Shown: positions 19,649-29,900 of the stretch, in pieces
Layout: each line of letters starts with the position of its first letter
Position numbering within the stretch: the first letter of the stretch is position 1
Assembly: GCA_041695225.1 (NCBI GenBank)
Contig: JBGFRI010000014.1
Location: 1 to 64,000 of the forward strand
From: Deinococcota bacterium
GTDB taxonomy: Bacteria > Deinococcota > Deinococci > Deinococcales > Thermaceae
Reading direction: 5' to 3'
Length of the DNA: 64,000 bases
Translations under genes and position numbers: made by a program
The notes under the pieces: generated by a model
What the model saw: only the letters and a program-made list of their open reading frames with translations
The model's database searches: none
Told to the model about the DNA's origin: nothing

Positions 19649-20372
19649 GGGGCTGTACTAGATAAGGCTAGAATACCCCCTCCTTTCTGAGCCAGCGTTT
19701 GAGGGTTGTGAGTTGTTGACTGGGAGTTCCATAGTTGAAACGGAACTCGCACGCCTTGATGAAGAGGTGGAAGTGCTGCCTGGGGATGCGGTTGTACTTA
19801 CGTAGCACACGCTTAGCCTGGTTCCAGAAGTTTTCTATGCCGTTGATGTGTTTACCTTTGTCTTGCTGGTCTACTAACTCCTTGCTGTGGTCAATACGCT
19901 GGTGTTTGAACTCACTCACGTCCAGTACGTCGTAGCTCTTGAACCCATCGGTGTACACAATCGAGTCAGGCACCACCTTCTGTTTGATGATGGGGATCAA
20001 AGTATCGGCTTTGAGGTTGTCCAATGGAACCGTGTAAACCCGGCCTGAACGCTTGAGGATGCCGAACACCGGGACTTTACCCCCAGCACCCCTACCCCGT
20101 TTGCCCTTCCTCGCCCCACCAAAGTACGACTCATCCACTTCCACCTCCCCGCTGAACACCTCGGCCTTGATTCGGGTGTTGATCACCGTCCGTATCTTGT
20201 GGTAGAAGAGTGCTGCCGTCGCCTTGTTAACCCCAACAAGATCCGCAGCCGTTCTCGCGGTGGTCTCGGCTACGAAATACTCCACCAATCTTCCAGCTTT
20301 TCTGACACTTAGTTTCGTCTTTCTGGTCGGCATAATGCTGTATCTAGACTACTGCTTATCTAGTACAGCGCC
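19649..20372 (-). mobile_element. IS1595-family (IS1016-like) insertion sequence, 724 bp
   Basis: 18-bp terminal inverted repeats ggggctgtactagataag / cttatctagtacagcgcc (17/18 match) around a transposase. Confidence 0.92.
19668..20333 (-). CDS. IS1595-family DDE transposase
   Basis: VEVDESYFGG, KGKRGRGA.GK, VYTD, HINGIENFW and EFRFN motifs. Confidence 0.93.
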   Translation of the reverse strand: MPTRKTKLSVRKAGRLVEYFVAETTARTAADLVGVNKATAALFYHKIRTVINTRIKAEVFSGEVEVDESYFGGARKGKRGRGAGGKVPVFGILKRSGRVYTVPLDNLKADTLIPIIKQKVVPDSIVYTDGFKSYDVLDVSEFKHQRIDHSKELVDQQDKGKHINGIENFWNQAKRVLRKYNRIPRQHFHLFIKACEFRFNYGTPSQQLTTLKRWLRKEGVF

Positions 20373-20574
20373 ATTTAATAAATACGATGGCGAATAGTTC
20401 TAGCTTTTCCGGCTCTAGGTCTGCGGCATGAGGCCATCATGGACTACGTCACCAAACTTTCGACTCAGACCATTTAGCTAAACCGCACGGCCCACTTCAG
20501 ATACAACTACCCCGACCTGGACGCTATTCTTTGGCTTGTTAGTGTAAGAGACTGCTCAAGGCTAGTTACAGCTC

Positions 20575-20850
20575 ACAAGTCGCGTGTAGCATGACTCGAG
20601 ACCTGGGACATCTAATGAGTCAATAGTCGATAGCCTATAGTCAATGGCCGATAGCTGATAGTTTTTGACTTGGGACTTGCGACCTGAGACTGATTTTTGA
20701 TCCTCGACCCTCGACTAACTTCTGACCCTCGACCCTGGACCCTGGACTAACTTCTGACCTGAGACATTTCACTAGCGCATAGCCAATAGCTAACAGCCGA
20801 TAGCCCATAGCTGATAGCTTTTGACCCTCGACCTTCGACCTGAGGCTTGT
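20575..20850. repeat. Large compound heptamer array
   Basis: aatagtc gatagcc tatagtc ... gacttgg gacttgc gacctga ... gaccctc ... catagcc aatagct ... gaccttc gacctga. Confidence 0.9.
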
Positions 20851-20859
20851 TACATTCCA

Positions 20860-21603
20860 CTAGCGGCTCAAGAGCAGATACACTGCCACTATTACCGCCA
20901 GCCACAGCCACCACCGGCGGCCAAAACTGCCCAGCAGGGGCCGACGTTCGGGCAGGGGCAGCGGCGCAGCAGAACCTGGCAGCCCTGGTACCATAGCTCG
21001 GGGAGGACGAGCTGCCGGCCGCATCTGTAAGCGTTGGCCTCGTTTGATGTGGTAAACCGATTTGTCAATCTGGCCTTTTTTGCGGTAGGCCGCCCCCAGG
21101 TTGTGGTGAGCCAGGGCATACTCGGGGTTGAGCTTCAGCGCTTCGGTATACATGCGAATGGCCTCGTCGGTCTGGCCCGCCTCGAGGGTCATACTGGCCA
21201 GGTTGGTTTTGACTCGGTAGTGGCCGGGGTCCGCCAGCAGAGCTGTTTCATAAGCATGCCTGGCTTCCGCTCGACTGCCCCCGCGGATATGCATAAGCCC
21301 CAGCGCAGCCCAGGCTTCTGCTCCCAGGTGCGGATCTTCCAGGTAGGAGGCAATTTTACTTTCATCCTCGGTATCAAAAGCCTCAATGGCGGCCCTGGCC
21401 TCGGATGTATCAAGATAGTCTGCTACCAGATCGCCATCCTGCTCCAGGAGCTTCAGGGCCTTACCATACTCCTTGAGCCGCAGCCAGTCGCGTAGTTCCA
21501 ACAAGACCGCAAGCCCATCGGCGTTCCCCTCTTCCCCTGCCAGAAGGCGCCTTCGGGCCTCCTCGTAGCGCCCCGAATGGATTAGCTGATCAACTTCTTC
21601 CAT
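20860..21603 (-). CDS. TPR protein with C-terminal membrane anchor
   Basis: TPR motifs such as YTEALKLNPEYALAHHNLG; hydrophobic tail. Confidence 0.85.
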   Translation of the reverse strand: MEEVDQLIHSGRYEEARRRLLAGEEGNADGLAVLLELRDWLRLKEYGKALKLLEQDGDLVADYLDTSEARAAIEAFDTEDESKIASYLEDPHLGAEAWAALGLMHIRGGSRAEARHAYETALLADPGHYRVKTNLASMTLEAGQTDEAIRMYTEALKLNPEYALAHHNLGAAYRKKGQIDKSVYHIKRGQRLQMRPAARPPRAMVPGLPGSAAPLPLPERRPLLGSFGRRWWLWLAVIVAVYLLLSR

Positions 21604-21726
21604 GGTCCCGGCTTAACAGCCTATTCTATCGGGGCCGGTGAGAAAAGTGCACAATGGTTGAAATAGCATCATGCAAAACCTGCAGGTACCAATGAGATTG
21701 GACCGCATTGGTAAGATACGAACACT

Positions 21727-23292
21727 ATGGCAGATAACACCCGGGCTTGGATGGAAGAATTACTGGCCGAGATGGAAGAACGGCGAAAGCAAATTGAGGC
21801 GGGCGGCGGTCCTGAAAGAATCAAAAAGCAGCACGAGTCGGGCAAAATGACTGCCCGCGAGCGCATTCTCTATCTACTGGATGAAAGCAGCTTTGTAGAG
21901 CTTCAACCTTTTGCCGAGCACCCCGAAACCGAGTTGATGCGAGGCGTACAAGCGCCCGCCGACGGGGTAATAACCGGCTATGGCAGGATTGGTGGGCGCA
22001 ACGTATTTGTTTTCAGCCAGGACTTCACGGTGCTGGGCGGCAGCCTGGGCAAAACCCACGGGCGGAAGATTGCCCACACCATGGACTTAGCGGCCCGGGT
22101 AGGCGCGCCGCTAGTCGGCCTTAACGATTCGGCCGGAGCACGCATCCAAGAAGGAGTGGACAGCCTTTCGGGTTATGGCGAGGTATTTTATCGCAACTCC
22201 ATCTACTCGGGCGTGGTGCCGCAGATCTCGGCAATCCTGGGGCCGTGCGCGGGCGGGGCAGTGTACAGCCCCGCCCTAACTGACTTTGTGCTAATGAGCA
22301 AGAGCAGTAGCTACATGTTCATCACCGGGCCTGAGGTAATCAAAAGCGTGACCCGCGAGGAAGTGACCTTCGAGCAGCTAGGCGGCTCGGAAGTTCATAC
22401 CAGTAAGTCTGGCGTGGCGCACCTCGAGTGCGAGGGCGATCAGGGGGTTCTGGACGCCATCAAACAGCTAATCGCCTATTTGCCGCAAAATGCCAGGGAG
22501 AAACCACCCGTTATGGAGAGCCCAGACCCCAAGAATCGCAAGACCCCCGAGCTCCTGGATCTGGTACACCCCGACCCCCGCCGCCCCTACAGCATGCACC
22601 AGGTGATCAGGGCCATCATGGATCAGGGCCGGTTTTTGGAGCTACACCCCAACTTTGCTAAGAACATTCTGGTGGGCTTCGCACACCTGGGTGGCATCTC
22701 GGTGGGGGTGGTGGCCAATAACCCGCGCTTCATGGCGGGCGCGCTCGACATCAACGCCTCGGACAAGGCAGCCCGCTTCATCCGCACCTGCGACTGCTTC
22801 AATATTCCCATCCTGACCCTGGTAGACGTGAGCGGCTTCCTTCCTGGCGTGGCCCAGGAACACCAGGGCATCATCCGCCACGGGGCCAAGATGCTCTACG
22901 CCTACGCCGAAGCCACCGTCCCCAAGATCACCCTTATAACCCGCAAAAGTTACGGAGGTGCATACCTGGCCATGAACTCCCGCGACATGGGCGCCGATGT
23001 GGTGCTGGCCTGGCCCACCTCGGCGGTAGCGGTAATGGGAGCCGAGGGGGCAGCCAACATCATCTACCGCAAAGAAATCCAGTCCTCGGCCGACCCCGCC
23101 GCCACCCGCCAGGCCAAGATTGCCGAATACAAGCAAGCCTTCGACAACCCCTACGTGGCTGCTGCGCGGGGCTACATTGACGATGTCATTGACCCCGCCC
23201 AGACCCGCCGGCTGTTGATCCAGCACCTCGAGATGCTCTCTACCAAGCAAGAGGAACGGCCTTATAAGAAGCACGGGAACATTCCGCTATAG
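21727..23292 (+). CDS. pccB: Acyl-CoA (propionyl-CoA type) carboxylase, beta subunit
   Basis: GKMTARERI, QDFTVLGGS, GARIQEG and KKHGNIPL motifs. Confidence 0.9.
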   Translation: MADNTRAWMEELLAEMEERRKQIEAGGGPERIKKQHESGKMTARERILYLLDESSFVELQPFAEHPETELMRGVQAPADGVITGYGRIGGRNVFVFSQDFTVLGGSLGKTHGRKIAHTMDLAARVGAPLVGLNDSAGARIQEGVDSLSGYGEVFYRNSIYSGVVPQISAILGPCAGGAVYSPALTDFVLMSKSSSYMFITGPEVIKSVTREEVTFEQLGGSEVHTSKSGVAHLECEGDQGVLDAIKQLIAYLPQNAREKPPVMESPDPKNRKTPELLDLVHPDPRRPYSMHQVIRAIMDQGRFLELHPNFAKNILVGFAHLGGISVGVVANNPRFMAGALDINASDKAARFIRTCDCFNIPILTLVDVSGFLPGVAQEHQGIIRHGAKMLYAYAEATVPKITLITRKSYGGAYLAMNSRDMGADVVLAWPTSAVAVMGAEGAANIIYRKEIQSSADPAATRQAKIAEYKQAFDNPYVAAARGYIDDVIDPAQTRRLLIQHLEMLSTKQEERPYKKHGNIPL

Positions 23293-23343
23293 CTAGGTGA
23301 GTCTGCGCCATGCAACCACTTGCCAGAGTGTCCCAGGCGACGG

Positions 23344-24342
23344 TTAGCTCGAGCTCTTTACCCGCCCCTGGCGGCTTGAGGAAAATACCCAGTCAAAACT
23401 GCTACGGGCCTTAGCCTTCATTTCCTCCACCGCTTTCCAGTTGGGCTGCCGCTGGGTCAGCACCGCAGAAGCCAGCAGGCCAGGGTCGCCGGGCATATCG
23501 GCGTACACTGCCCCCGCATCGCGGCAAAAACCAGTCACTTTGGGGTCGTAGGCGACCCCGGCAAAAGGTGTTCCGGCCACAGCGGCCAGAATGGCCCCGT
23601 GCAGGCGCACCGAAATGACATACCCCGCCTGGGCCAGCAGGTAGCTCACCCGACGCGGATCCCAGGCCAGCTCGCGGGTAAAGCTGCTAAACTTTTCCAG
23701 CACCGGCTCGTCGCGGCCAGGCTGCAAGGCCAGAATCACCACCTCGTAGCCCTCTACCCGCAGCCGGTCGGCCAGCTTGTGCAGGTTGGCAGTGGCCTCG
23801 TCGGTGCCGTATTTGGGCACCAGCACCACCATGCCCGGCTCGCGTTCCACTGGTGGGGGTGTCAGTAGCAGGGCCGGGTCGGCCCCCAGGTGTACGTCTA
23901 AACCCAGTCTGCGTCCATACTCCAGCGAGCCCTCGTCGCGGAAAAAACACTCCACCCCCCGTAAAGCCCGCCGTACCTGGCGCTCTCCGGCCTTGCTAAG
24001 CGGCCCCAGTGACTGATTGAACACATACACCAGCCGGCCCCTGCGCCGGGCCAGGCCGATGATGGTCAGGTAATACCACAAGCTCAGGCGGGAGGTTTTG
24101 TCCTGCAACAAACCGCCGCCGCCCGATAAGAGCATATCTATCTTGCCCAGGGCTTTCCAGACCTCCAGCGGATGGGTGCGCCGGACCGCTTCCACCCCAT
24201 AGCGCTGCGAGGTCTTGCTGGGGTTGTTGGAGAAAACCACAGCCTGGTGACCACGGGCTTTGATCTCATGCACGATGGCCTCGAGGATGGCCTCGTCACC
24301 CGCATTGCGAAAACCGTAATAACCACTGACCCCAACGCGCAT
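23344..24342 (-). CDS. csaB: Polysaccharide pyruvyl transferase
   Basis: SGYYGFRNAGDEAIL, GGGGLLQDKTS, RLH and YDPKV motifs. Confidence 0.92.
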   Translation of the reverse strand: MRVGVSGYYGFRNAGDEAILEAIVHEIKARGHQAVVFSNNPSKTSQRYGVEAVRRTHPLEVWKALGKIDMLLSGGGGLLQDKTSRLSLWYYLTIIGLARRRGRLVYVFNQSLGPLSKAGERQVRRALRGVECFFRDEGSLEYGRRLGLDVHLGADPALLLTPPPVEREPGMVVLVPKYGTDEATANLHKLADRLRVEGYEVVILALQPGRDEPVLEKFSSFTRELAWDPRRVSYLLAQAGYVISVRLHGAILAAVAGTPFAGVAYDPKVTGFCRDAGAVYADMPGDPGLLASAVLTQRQPNWKAVEEMKAKARSSFDWVFSSSRQGRVKSSS

Positions 24343-24402
24343 GGAACTCCTCCAAGTTAGCTACATGCCATCCATTTTTGCACGGTCTGGAATTTGGCGC
24401 TT

Positions 24403-26139
24403 CTATCTAAGCCACCATTCACGCAGCCGTCGAATGGCCCAGACGCCAACCACCCCTAGTACCAGACCGATAAGTATTCCATTCAATACCCGGAAAAAGG
24501 ATATGCTCAACGGCGTATGGTAGTGAGCAAAAGTGTTCAGGATCGAGCCCATGCCCACCGCAACCAGCACCAGCATTACGTTTTTGAGCCAGTTTGGCCA
24601 GGGTAGCAGCAGGGCAATGGGCGCCAGGGCGTGAGCAAAAATCTCCTTGAACCGGGGGCGCACCATCACCTCCTGCAAAAAGGCCCGAAGCTGCAATTCC
24701 ATGTCCAGCACCAGGAAGGGAGCCACCTCGTTGCCCCGCCGCAGCACCGCCAAACCCACCAGGACCAGGCCCACCAGGGCAATCGCGACCTCACCCAGTT
24801 TAAGCTGGTAGTTATAGAGGAAGTTGAGGGCTGGTTTGTAGGCAGTAGGTAAAAACGATAAGGCTACCAGCAGCGGGGGTACCACCAGAGTAAGCGACAC
24901 CCCGCGGAATGGATCCATTCCCAGAATGCTCTGGGGGGTGCTGCCCATAGCGGCCAGAAAGACCACCCCGGCCAACGAATAAAACACTGCTGCCAGCCAC
25001 AAGCGCAAACCCGGCAGATGTCGCTCAAAAAAGCCCAGGGCAGGAAAAACCATCGCAGCCAGTAAAGGCGCAGCATCTCCACGGGCCACCCCCAGGGCAA
25101 ATAGCACCAGCAAAGCCGCTACCGGAATTCCAAGGGGGTGTGGCAGTCCAGTGGCCAGCAAGGCCAGCCCTGCCACAATTCCCACTAGGGCAATATAGCG
25201 TAGCGGCGAAGGGGTAAAGTCGCGGTACCTGGGTTCTCCGATGGGGATTTGTGACCGCTCGAGACCACGTTTAAGCAAGGTCAGAAAAGCCCTGGTATCG
25301 CTGGCCTGCTGGTAGGGCCGCAGATAGAGCAGCTGGTGACCACGTTCCCGTGAGGCCAGCACAAACTTGCCGGCAGTTTCTGCAGGGGTTAGGTTATCCT
25401 GCCACTCCCGACGGATACTAAACAGACGTTTGACCGGCAGGGTTCGATCAAGCTGGGCAAAGCCCCGCTGGGGGGTACCTTCAATCCAGGCGATGGGTAT
25501 GCCTTGCAGACTAGCCGCCACAACCTCCAGGTTGTCTCGGAAGCCCAACACGTTCAGACCCGTAAAAACTACTGCGTCGGTCCCGGGGGGAACCAGCTCG
25601 CCATGGTAGTTGCGGTAGGGGTGGTCGAGGGGCCGGGCCGCGATGTAAAAGCCCTGGGCCTCTAGCTCGCGGGCCAGCGCCAGGTCGAAGCCCGCAGGGA
25701 AAAAGTCTACGTTAACCGGGGTGGCCAGCCAGGTCCGGCCTCCTATCTGCACCTTCTCACTGGGTATATTCCAGCGTGCCGCCAGCGAGTCCAGCCAGTC
25801 GGCTGGGCCGGCCAGATAAAACCAGCCTGGCCTGATCTGGGCTTGGGGGTACACCAGTTGCAGTGTGTTGGAGGGGTGGTAGGTCAGAAGCCCCCGGCCC
25901 ACCCAGTCCCGCACGGTTTGCTCATGCAGCGCTACACCACCCACCCCCAGGGCCCGATACTCCTGCATTACCTGTAAAAAAGTTTTGCCCGTAAGCCGAG
26001 CCTGTTCAGCTACTTCCTCGCCGTCCATCACCAGCATCACCGGGCCCGGACGCTCGGCCTGCATCCGCGGCAGCAGGGCCGGCAGGCTCAGTACTGCCGA
26101 GACAACTACCATTAGCCGTAAGATGTTAGGCAGGTTCAT
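24403..26139 (-). CDS. DUF5693-family membrane protein (CsaB-associated)
   Basis: FRGV, VRPRFKE and NTFAHYHTP motifs; adjacent to csaB. Confidence 0.8.
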   Translation of the reverse strand: MNLPNILRLMVVVSAVLSLPALLPRMQAERPGPVMLVMDGEEVAEQARLTGKTFLQVMQEYRALGVGGVALHEQTVRDWVGRGLLTYHPSNTLQLVYPQAQIRPGWFYLAGPADWLDSLAARWNIPSEKVQIGGRTWLATPVNVDFFPAGFDLALARELEAQGFYIAARPLDHPYRNYHGELVPPGTDAVVFTGLNVLGFRDNLEVVAASLQGIPIAWIEGTPQRGFAQLDRTLPVKRLFSIRREWQDNLTPAETAGKFVLASRERGHQLLYLRPYQQASDTRAFLTLLKRGLERSQIPIGEPRYRDFTPSPLRYIALVGIVAGLALLATGLPHPLGIPVAALLVLFALGVARGDAAPLLAAMVFPALGFFERHLPGLRLWLAAVFYSLAGVVFLAAMGSTPQSILGMDPFRGVSLTLVVPPLLVALSFLPTAYKPALNFLYNYQLKLGEVAIALVGLVLVGLAVLRRGNEVAPFLVLDMELQLRAFLQEVMVRPRFKEIFAHALAPIALLLPWPNWLKNVMLVLVAVGMGSILNTFAHYHTPLSISFFRVLNGILIGLVLGVVGVWAIRRLREWWLR

Positions 26140-26197
26140 GGCCCACTCCCACGCCGAGCAACTTTTTCACAAGGAACCAGGCTGCCTACCCTTGCTG

Positions 26198-26797
26198 TTA
26201 GCATGGCCGGGTTCTCCTGGTGATGCCCGCTGGAGCGTTGATAGCATCAAGACGGCGCACAGAGGTTTGAACAACGGAAAGTTGCATAGAGCGAGGATGG
26301 TCCAGGTCTTGTTTGACCAGCCTCCTTGTGGAACGCACAGGCTCGAGCTTCCCCTGCTGCAAGCATCGAATAAAGCGCTCATTAGTGTCCGCAGCCACAA
26401 CGACCTCGAAGTTTATCGGGACACCACGAACAGCACCCATCGAGAGCATCTTCCCCTCATGCCCCACCACCGGTGCAGACCGGGTTTCGTTAGTCTCGCT
26501 AACACGGGTATAGTCCTTGAACCAGTAGACTAGAATCAAAATCGGAGGCCCCGAAACAGTCCGCCGGATGTGCCTCAGATCAAATTCTAAATCGTAAGCG
26601 TGAGGGCGACCATGGCTGGGCTCGAGGCGTTCTTCAGAGGGCAGCCTGGCACTTTTCTGACAGTAAACGTCTGGCGGCAAAACGGCAACAAGCTCTGGTG
26701 CTGCTGGATTAATTATCGCCTCGGCAACTGTGGTTTTACCACTGCCAGTTCCGCCAGCAATTCCAATCACACAAGCCCGACTCACAAAGCCAATCAT
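26198..26797 (-). pseudogene. udk: Eroded uridine kinase
   Basis: P-loop IGIAGGTGSGKTT is retained and the ORF is colinear with Udk, but the D.YY, N.DHP.A.D and R..RD..ERGR motifs are destroyed. Confidence 0.65.
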
Positions 26798-26847
26798 ACG
26801 CTCTGCAGTTACGCACGGCTAGCGAGCAGGCGTATGTGTGATTTGCC

Positions 26848-26896
26848 TTGAATCTGTCCAATGCTCTGGCTATAATACTTTGCTAACAAGTGTTAG
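26848..26896 (+). promoter_or_regulatory. paa promoter with a PaaR-type operator
   Basis: TTGAAT-17-TATAAT, then palindrome CTAACA-AG-TGTTAG (26883-26896), resembling the Thermus PaaR site CNAACGNNCGTTNG. Confidence 0.75.
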
Positions 26897-26915
26897 TTCG
26901 CTTTTGGGAGGACAG

Positions 26916-27887
26916 ATGCCAGCAAAATACGGAGTACCCAGCGATCCCGACTACAACCAGCGTCTGGCCGAGTTCGAGGCCCGCATCCACCGCGGCGAGA
27001 AGATCGAGCCCGGCGACTGGATGCCCGAGGAGTACCGGCGCCAGCTTATCCGGATGATCTCCCAGCACGCCCACTCCGAGGTGGTGGGCATGCTTCCCGA
27101 GGGGGCCTGGATTACTCGTGCCCCCACCCTCAAGCGCAAGATGATCCTGATTGCCAAGGTGCAGGACGAGGCCGGACACGGCCAGTACCTCTACCACGCC
27201 GCCGAGACCCTGGGTATCAGCCGCGAGGCCATGCTGGAAGCACTGCTCTCCGGCAAGGCCAAATACTCCTCTATCTTCAACTACCCCGCCCTCACCTGGG
27301 CCGACATGGGCGCCATCGGCTGGCTGGTAGACGGCGCCGCAATCAAAAACCAGCTCATGCTGGCTGCCTGTTCCTATGGCCCCTACAGCCGGGCCATGGT
27401 ACGCATCTGCGCCGAAGAAACCTTCCACCACAAACAGGGCAAAGAGATGATAATCCTCTACGCCAGCGGCACCCCCAGGCAGCGCCAGATGGCCCAGGAT
27501 GCCATCAACCGCTGGTGGTGGCCAGCCCTGATGATGATGGGGCCTCACGACGCCGACAGCCCCAACAGTGAAGTCCTGATGCGCTGGGGCATCAAGACCA
27601 AGTCCAACGACACCGTTCGCCAGGAGTTCATCAACGAACACGCCCCCGAGATACTGGAAGCCGGCCTGACCCTGCCCGACCCCGACCTGCGCTTCGACGA
27701 ACAAAGCAGCAACTGGATGCACGGCCCCATCAACTGGGACGAGTTCTGGCAGGTGGTGAAGGGCAACGGCCCCATGAACAAAGAGCGCCTGGAAGCCCGC
27801 CGTAAGGCCCATGCTGAAGGCGCCTGGGTAAGGGAAGCCCTCGAGGCCTACGCAGCTCAACAGCAAAACTCCCCTGTCGCGGTCTAG
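26916..27887 (+). CDS. paaA: Phenylacetyl-CoA epoxidase subunit A
   Basis: [19 protein letters not shown] and EETFH motifs. Confidence 0.95.
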   Translation: MPAKYGVPSDPDYNQRLAEFEARIHRGEKIEPGDWMPEEYRRQLIRMISQHAHSEVVGMLPEGAWITRAPTLKRKMILIAKVQDEAGHGQYLYHAAETLGISREAMLEALLSGKAKYSSIFNYPALTWADMGAIGWLVDGAAIKNQLMLAACSYGPYSRAMVRICAEETFHHKQGKEMIILYASGTPRQRQMAQDAINRWWWPALMMMGPHDADSPNSEVLMRWGIKTKSNDTVRQEFINEHAPEILEAGLTLPDPDLRFDEQSSNWMHGPINWDEFWQVVKGNGPMNKERLEARRKAHAEGAWVREALEAYAAQQQNSPVAV

Positions 27888-27946
27888 CCAGTAGCTTTTG
27901 CATGTAAGCCCTTAGCTACTGGCTTTCCGCACTCCGAAGGAGCTAT

Positions 27947-28525
27947 ATGGATACACAGTGGCCCCGCTGGGAGGTCTTCAAGCAAGACACCCCCTCCAAA
28001 CCCCACCAGGCAGTGGGTTCGGTACACGCGGCCGACCCCGAGCACGCCCTGCTGACGGCCCGCAATGTTTTCGCCCGCAGACCCCTGGCCGTGAGCCTCT
28101 GGGTGGTACGGGCAGAGGACATCTTCTCCTGGACAAAAGAAGAACTGGCCCAAAACCCACCCCCAGAAGCTGTAAGTCAGACCGAGTCTTCGGCTATTGA
28201 CTTTCGACCTTCGACTTTTTGTGTCTTCCGCAAAACCAGCCACAAACGCTCCATGACCTTTGTGGATTATGTGGGCGAGGTGCTTGCTCACTCCCCTGAG
28301 GACGCGCTAAAACAAGCCCAGGAGCAGTTTACCGATGCCGAAGCCCTGGCCTGGTGGGTTGTTCGGGCCGATAAGATTACCAAAAGCGACCCCAGCCACG
28401 AGACTGTGGAGAGCTGGTTCGAGCCCGCCAGGGACAAAACCTACAAGCAGCAGCAGTACTACGCCACCATTGGCTCAGTTGTAAGCAGACCCAAAACCGG
28501 GCGGGAGAACGACGATGAGGAATGA
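27947..28525 (+). CDS. paaB: Phenylacetyl-CoA epoxidase subunit B (long Thermaceae form)
   Basis: WPRWEVF and [21 protein letters not shown] motifs. Confidence 0.88.
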   Translation: MDTQWPRWEVFKQDTPSKPHQAVGSVHAADPEHALLTARNVFARRPLAVSLWVVRAEDIFSWTKEELAQNPPPEAVSQTESSAIDFRPSTFCVFRKTSHKRSMTFVDYVGEVLAHSPEDALKQAQEQFTDAEALAWWVVRADKITKSDPSHETVESWFEPARDKTYKQQQYYATIGSVVSRPKTGRENDDEE

Positions 28526-29273
28526 GATCAAGCAAGCCCTGATCGCCAAGCTGACTGCACTCGCCGACGACGAGGTAATTCTGGCCCACCGCAACAGCGA
28601 ATGGACCGGCCACGCCCCCATACTGGAAGAGGATATCGCTCTGGCCAATTTCGCCCAGGACGATCTGGGACACGCCACGCTCTGGTATAGCTTGCGCAAG
28701 GAACTCGATGGTGCAGACCCGGACTGGCTGGCTTTCTTCCGCGACGCTAATGAGTATCGCAGCTCTGAGCTGGTGGAGCTACCCAGGGGAGACTGGGCTT
28801 TCACCATGCTGCGGCAGTTTCTGTTCGACCTCTACGAGACCCTCTGGCTACAGCAGGCCAAAAATAGCACCTACCAGCCCCTGGCCGATGCAGCTAACAA
28901 AATTCTGCGCGAGGAGCGTTTCCACCTGCAACACACCCGGGCCTGGGTGGAAAGGCTGGGCCTGGGCACCGAAGAGTCGGGCCGGCGGATGCAGACTGCC
29001 CTGGATTTTATGTGGGGCTATGCCCAGCAGCTGTTTGTGCCCATCCCCGGCGAGGATCTGCTGGTCGCCGAAGGTATTGTGCCCGACCTGGAGACTGTGA
29101 AAACCCAGTGGCTTCAGTACAGCACCCAGCACCTGCAAAACTCCGGCCTCAGGCTACCCATCAACCCGGGTTACCAGCCCACTTCTCGCACACAGCACAC
29201 CGAGCACCTGTGGAGCACCCTGGCCGAGATGCAGTCCACCGCCCGCTGGGACCCCGAGGCCAAGGTGTGGTGA
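28515..29273 (+). CDS. paaC: Phenylacetyl-CoA epoxidase subunit C
   Basis: [25 protein letters not shown] and EERFH motifs. Confidence 0.93.
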   Translation: MRNEIKQALIAKLTALADDEVILAHRNSEWTGHAPILEEDIALANFAQDDLGHATLWYSLRKELDGADPDWLAFFRDANEYRSSELVELPRGDWAFTMLRQFLFDLYETLWLQQAKNSTYQPLADAANKILREERFHLQHTRAWVERLGLGTEESGRRMQTALDFMWGYAQQLFVPIPGEDLLVAEGIVPDLETVKTQWLQYSTQHLQNSGLRLPINPGYQPTSRTQHTEHLWSTLAEMQSTARWDPEAKVW

Positions 29274-29274
29274 T

Positions 29275-29769
29275 ATGACCACCCTGCCTACCACCGAGCA
29301 GGTCTGGGCCGCCCTGACCCAAATTCCCGACCCCGAGATTCCAGTAATCAACGTGGTCGAGATGGGGATTGTGCGGGGGGTAATGGTCGAGGGGGACAAG
29401 GCTACCGTGGTCATGACCCCCACCTTTTCGGGGTGCCCGGCCTTGCACCTGATTCGGGAACAAATAGAACAGACCACCCGGTCGCTGGGTTTTGGAGAGG
29501 TCGAGGTGAAAACCGTGCTGTCTCCAACGTGGACTACCGACTGGATTACCCCCGAGGCCAGGGAACGCCTGCGCCGGTATGGGATTGCTCCCCCCAAGCC
29601 TGCCAGTTCACAGGATTCTTTGATTCAGCTAAAGCCCTCCCCCACCCGCTGCCCCCGCTGCGGCTCGCCCAACACCTCGGTCAAGAACACCTTTGGCCCC
29701 ACCCTGTGTAAGGCCATCCATGTCTGCAACGACTGCAAAGAACCTTTCGAGAGCTTCAAAACGGTCTAA
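29275..29769 (+). CDS. paaD: Phenylacetyl-CoA epoxidase subunit D
   Basis: [20 protein letters not shown] and CPRCGS...C..C.EPF motifs. Confidence 0.93.
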   Translation: MTTLPTTEQVWAALTQIPDPEIPVINVVEMGIVRGVMVEGDKATVVMTPTFSGCPALHLIREQIEQTTRSLGFGEVEVKTVLSPTWTTDWITPEARERLRRYGIAPPKPASSQDSLIQLKPSPTRCPRCGSPNTSVKNTFGPTLCKAIHVCNDCKEPFESFKTV

Positions 29770-29900
29770 TACCAGCTTGAGAAAAACGGCATTTTCGACA
29801 AGCGGCGTGTACTACGTTGCAGAGGGCCACAGGCCCCCCTAGTCATTCCGAGCGCTCGAAGAGCGAAAGTCTCTTGCTGCAAGCAGTCATCCCCCTTTCT

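Noticed and set aside
26883..27866. 327-aa minus-strand ORF
   Set aside because: Antisense shadow of paaA caused by GC-rich codon bias
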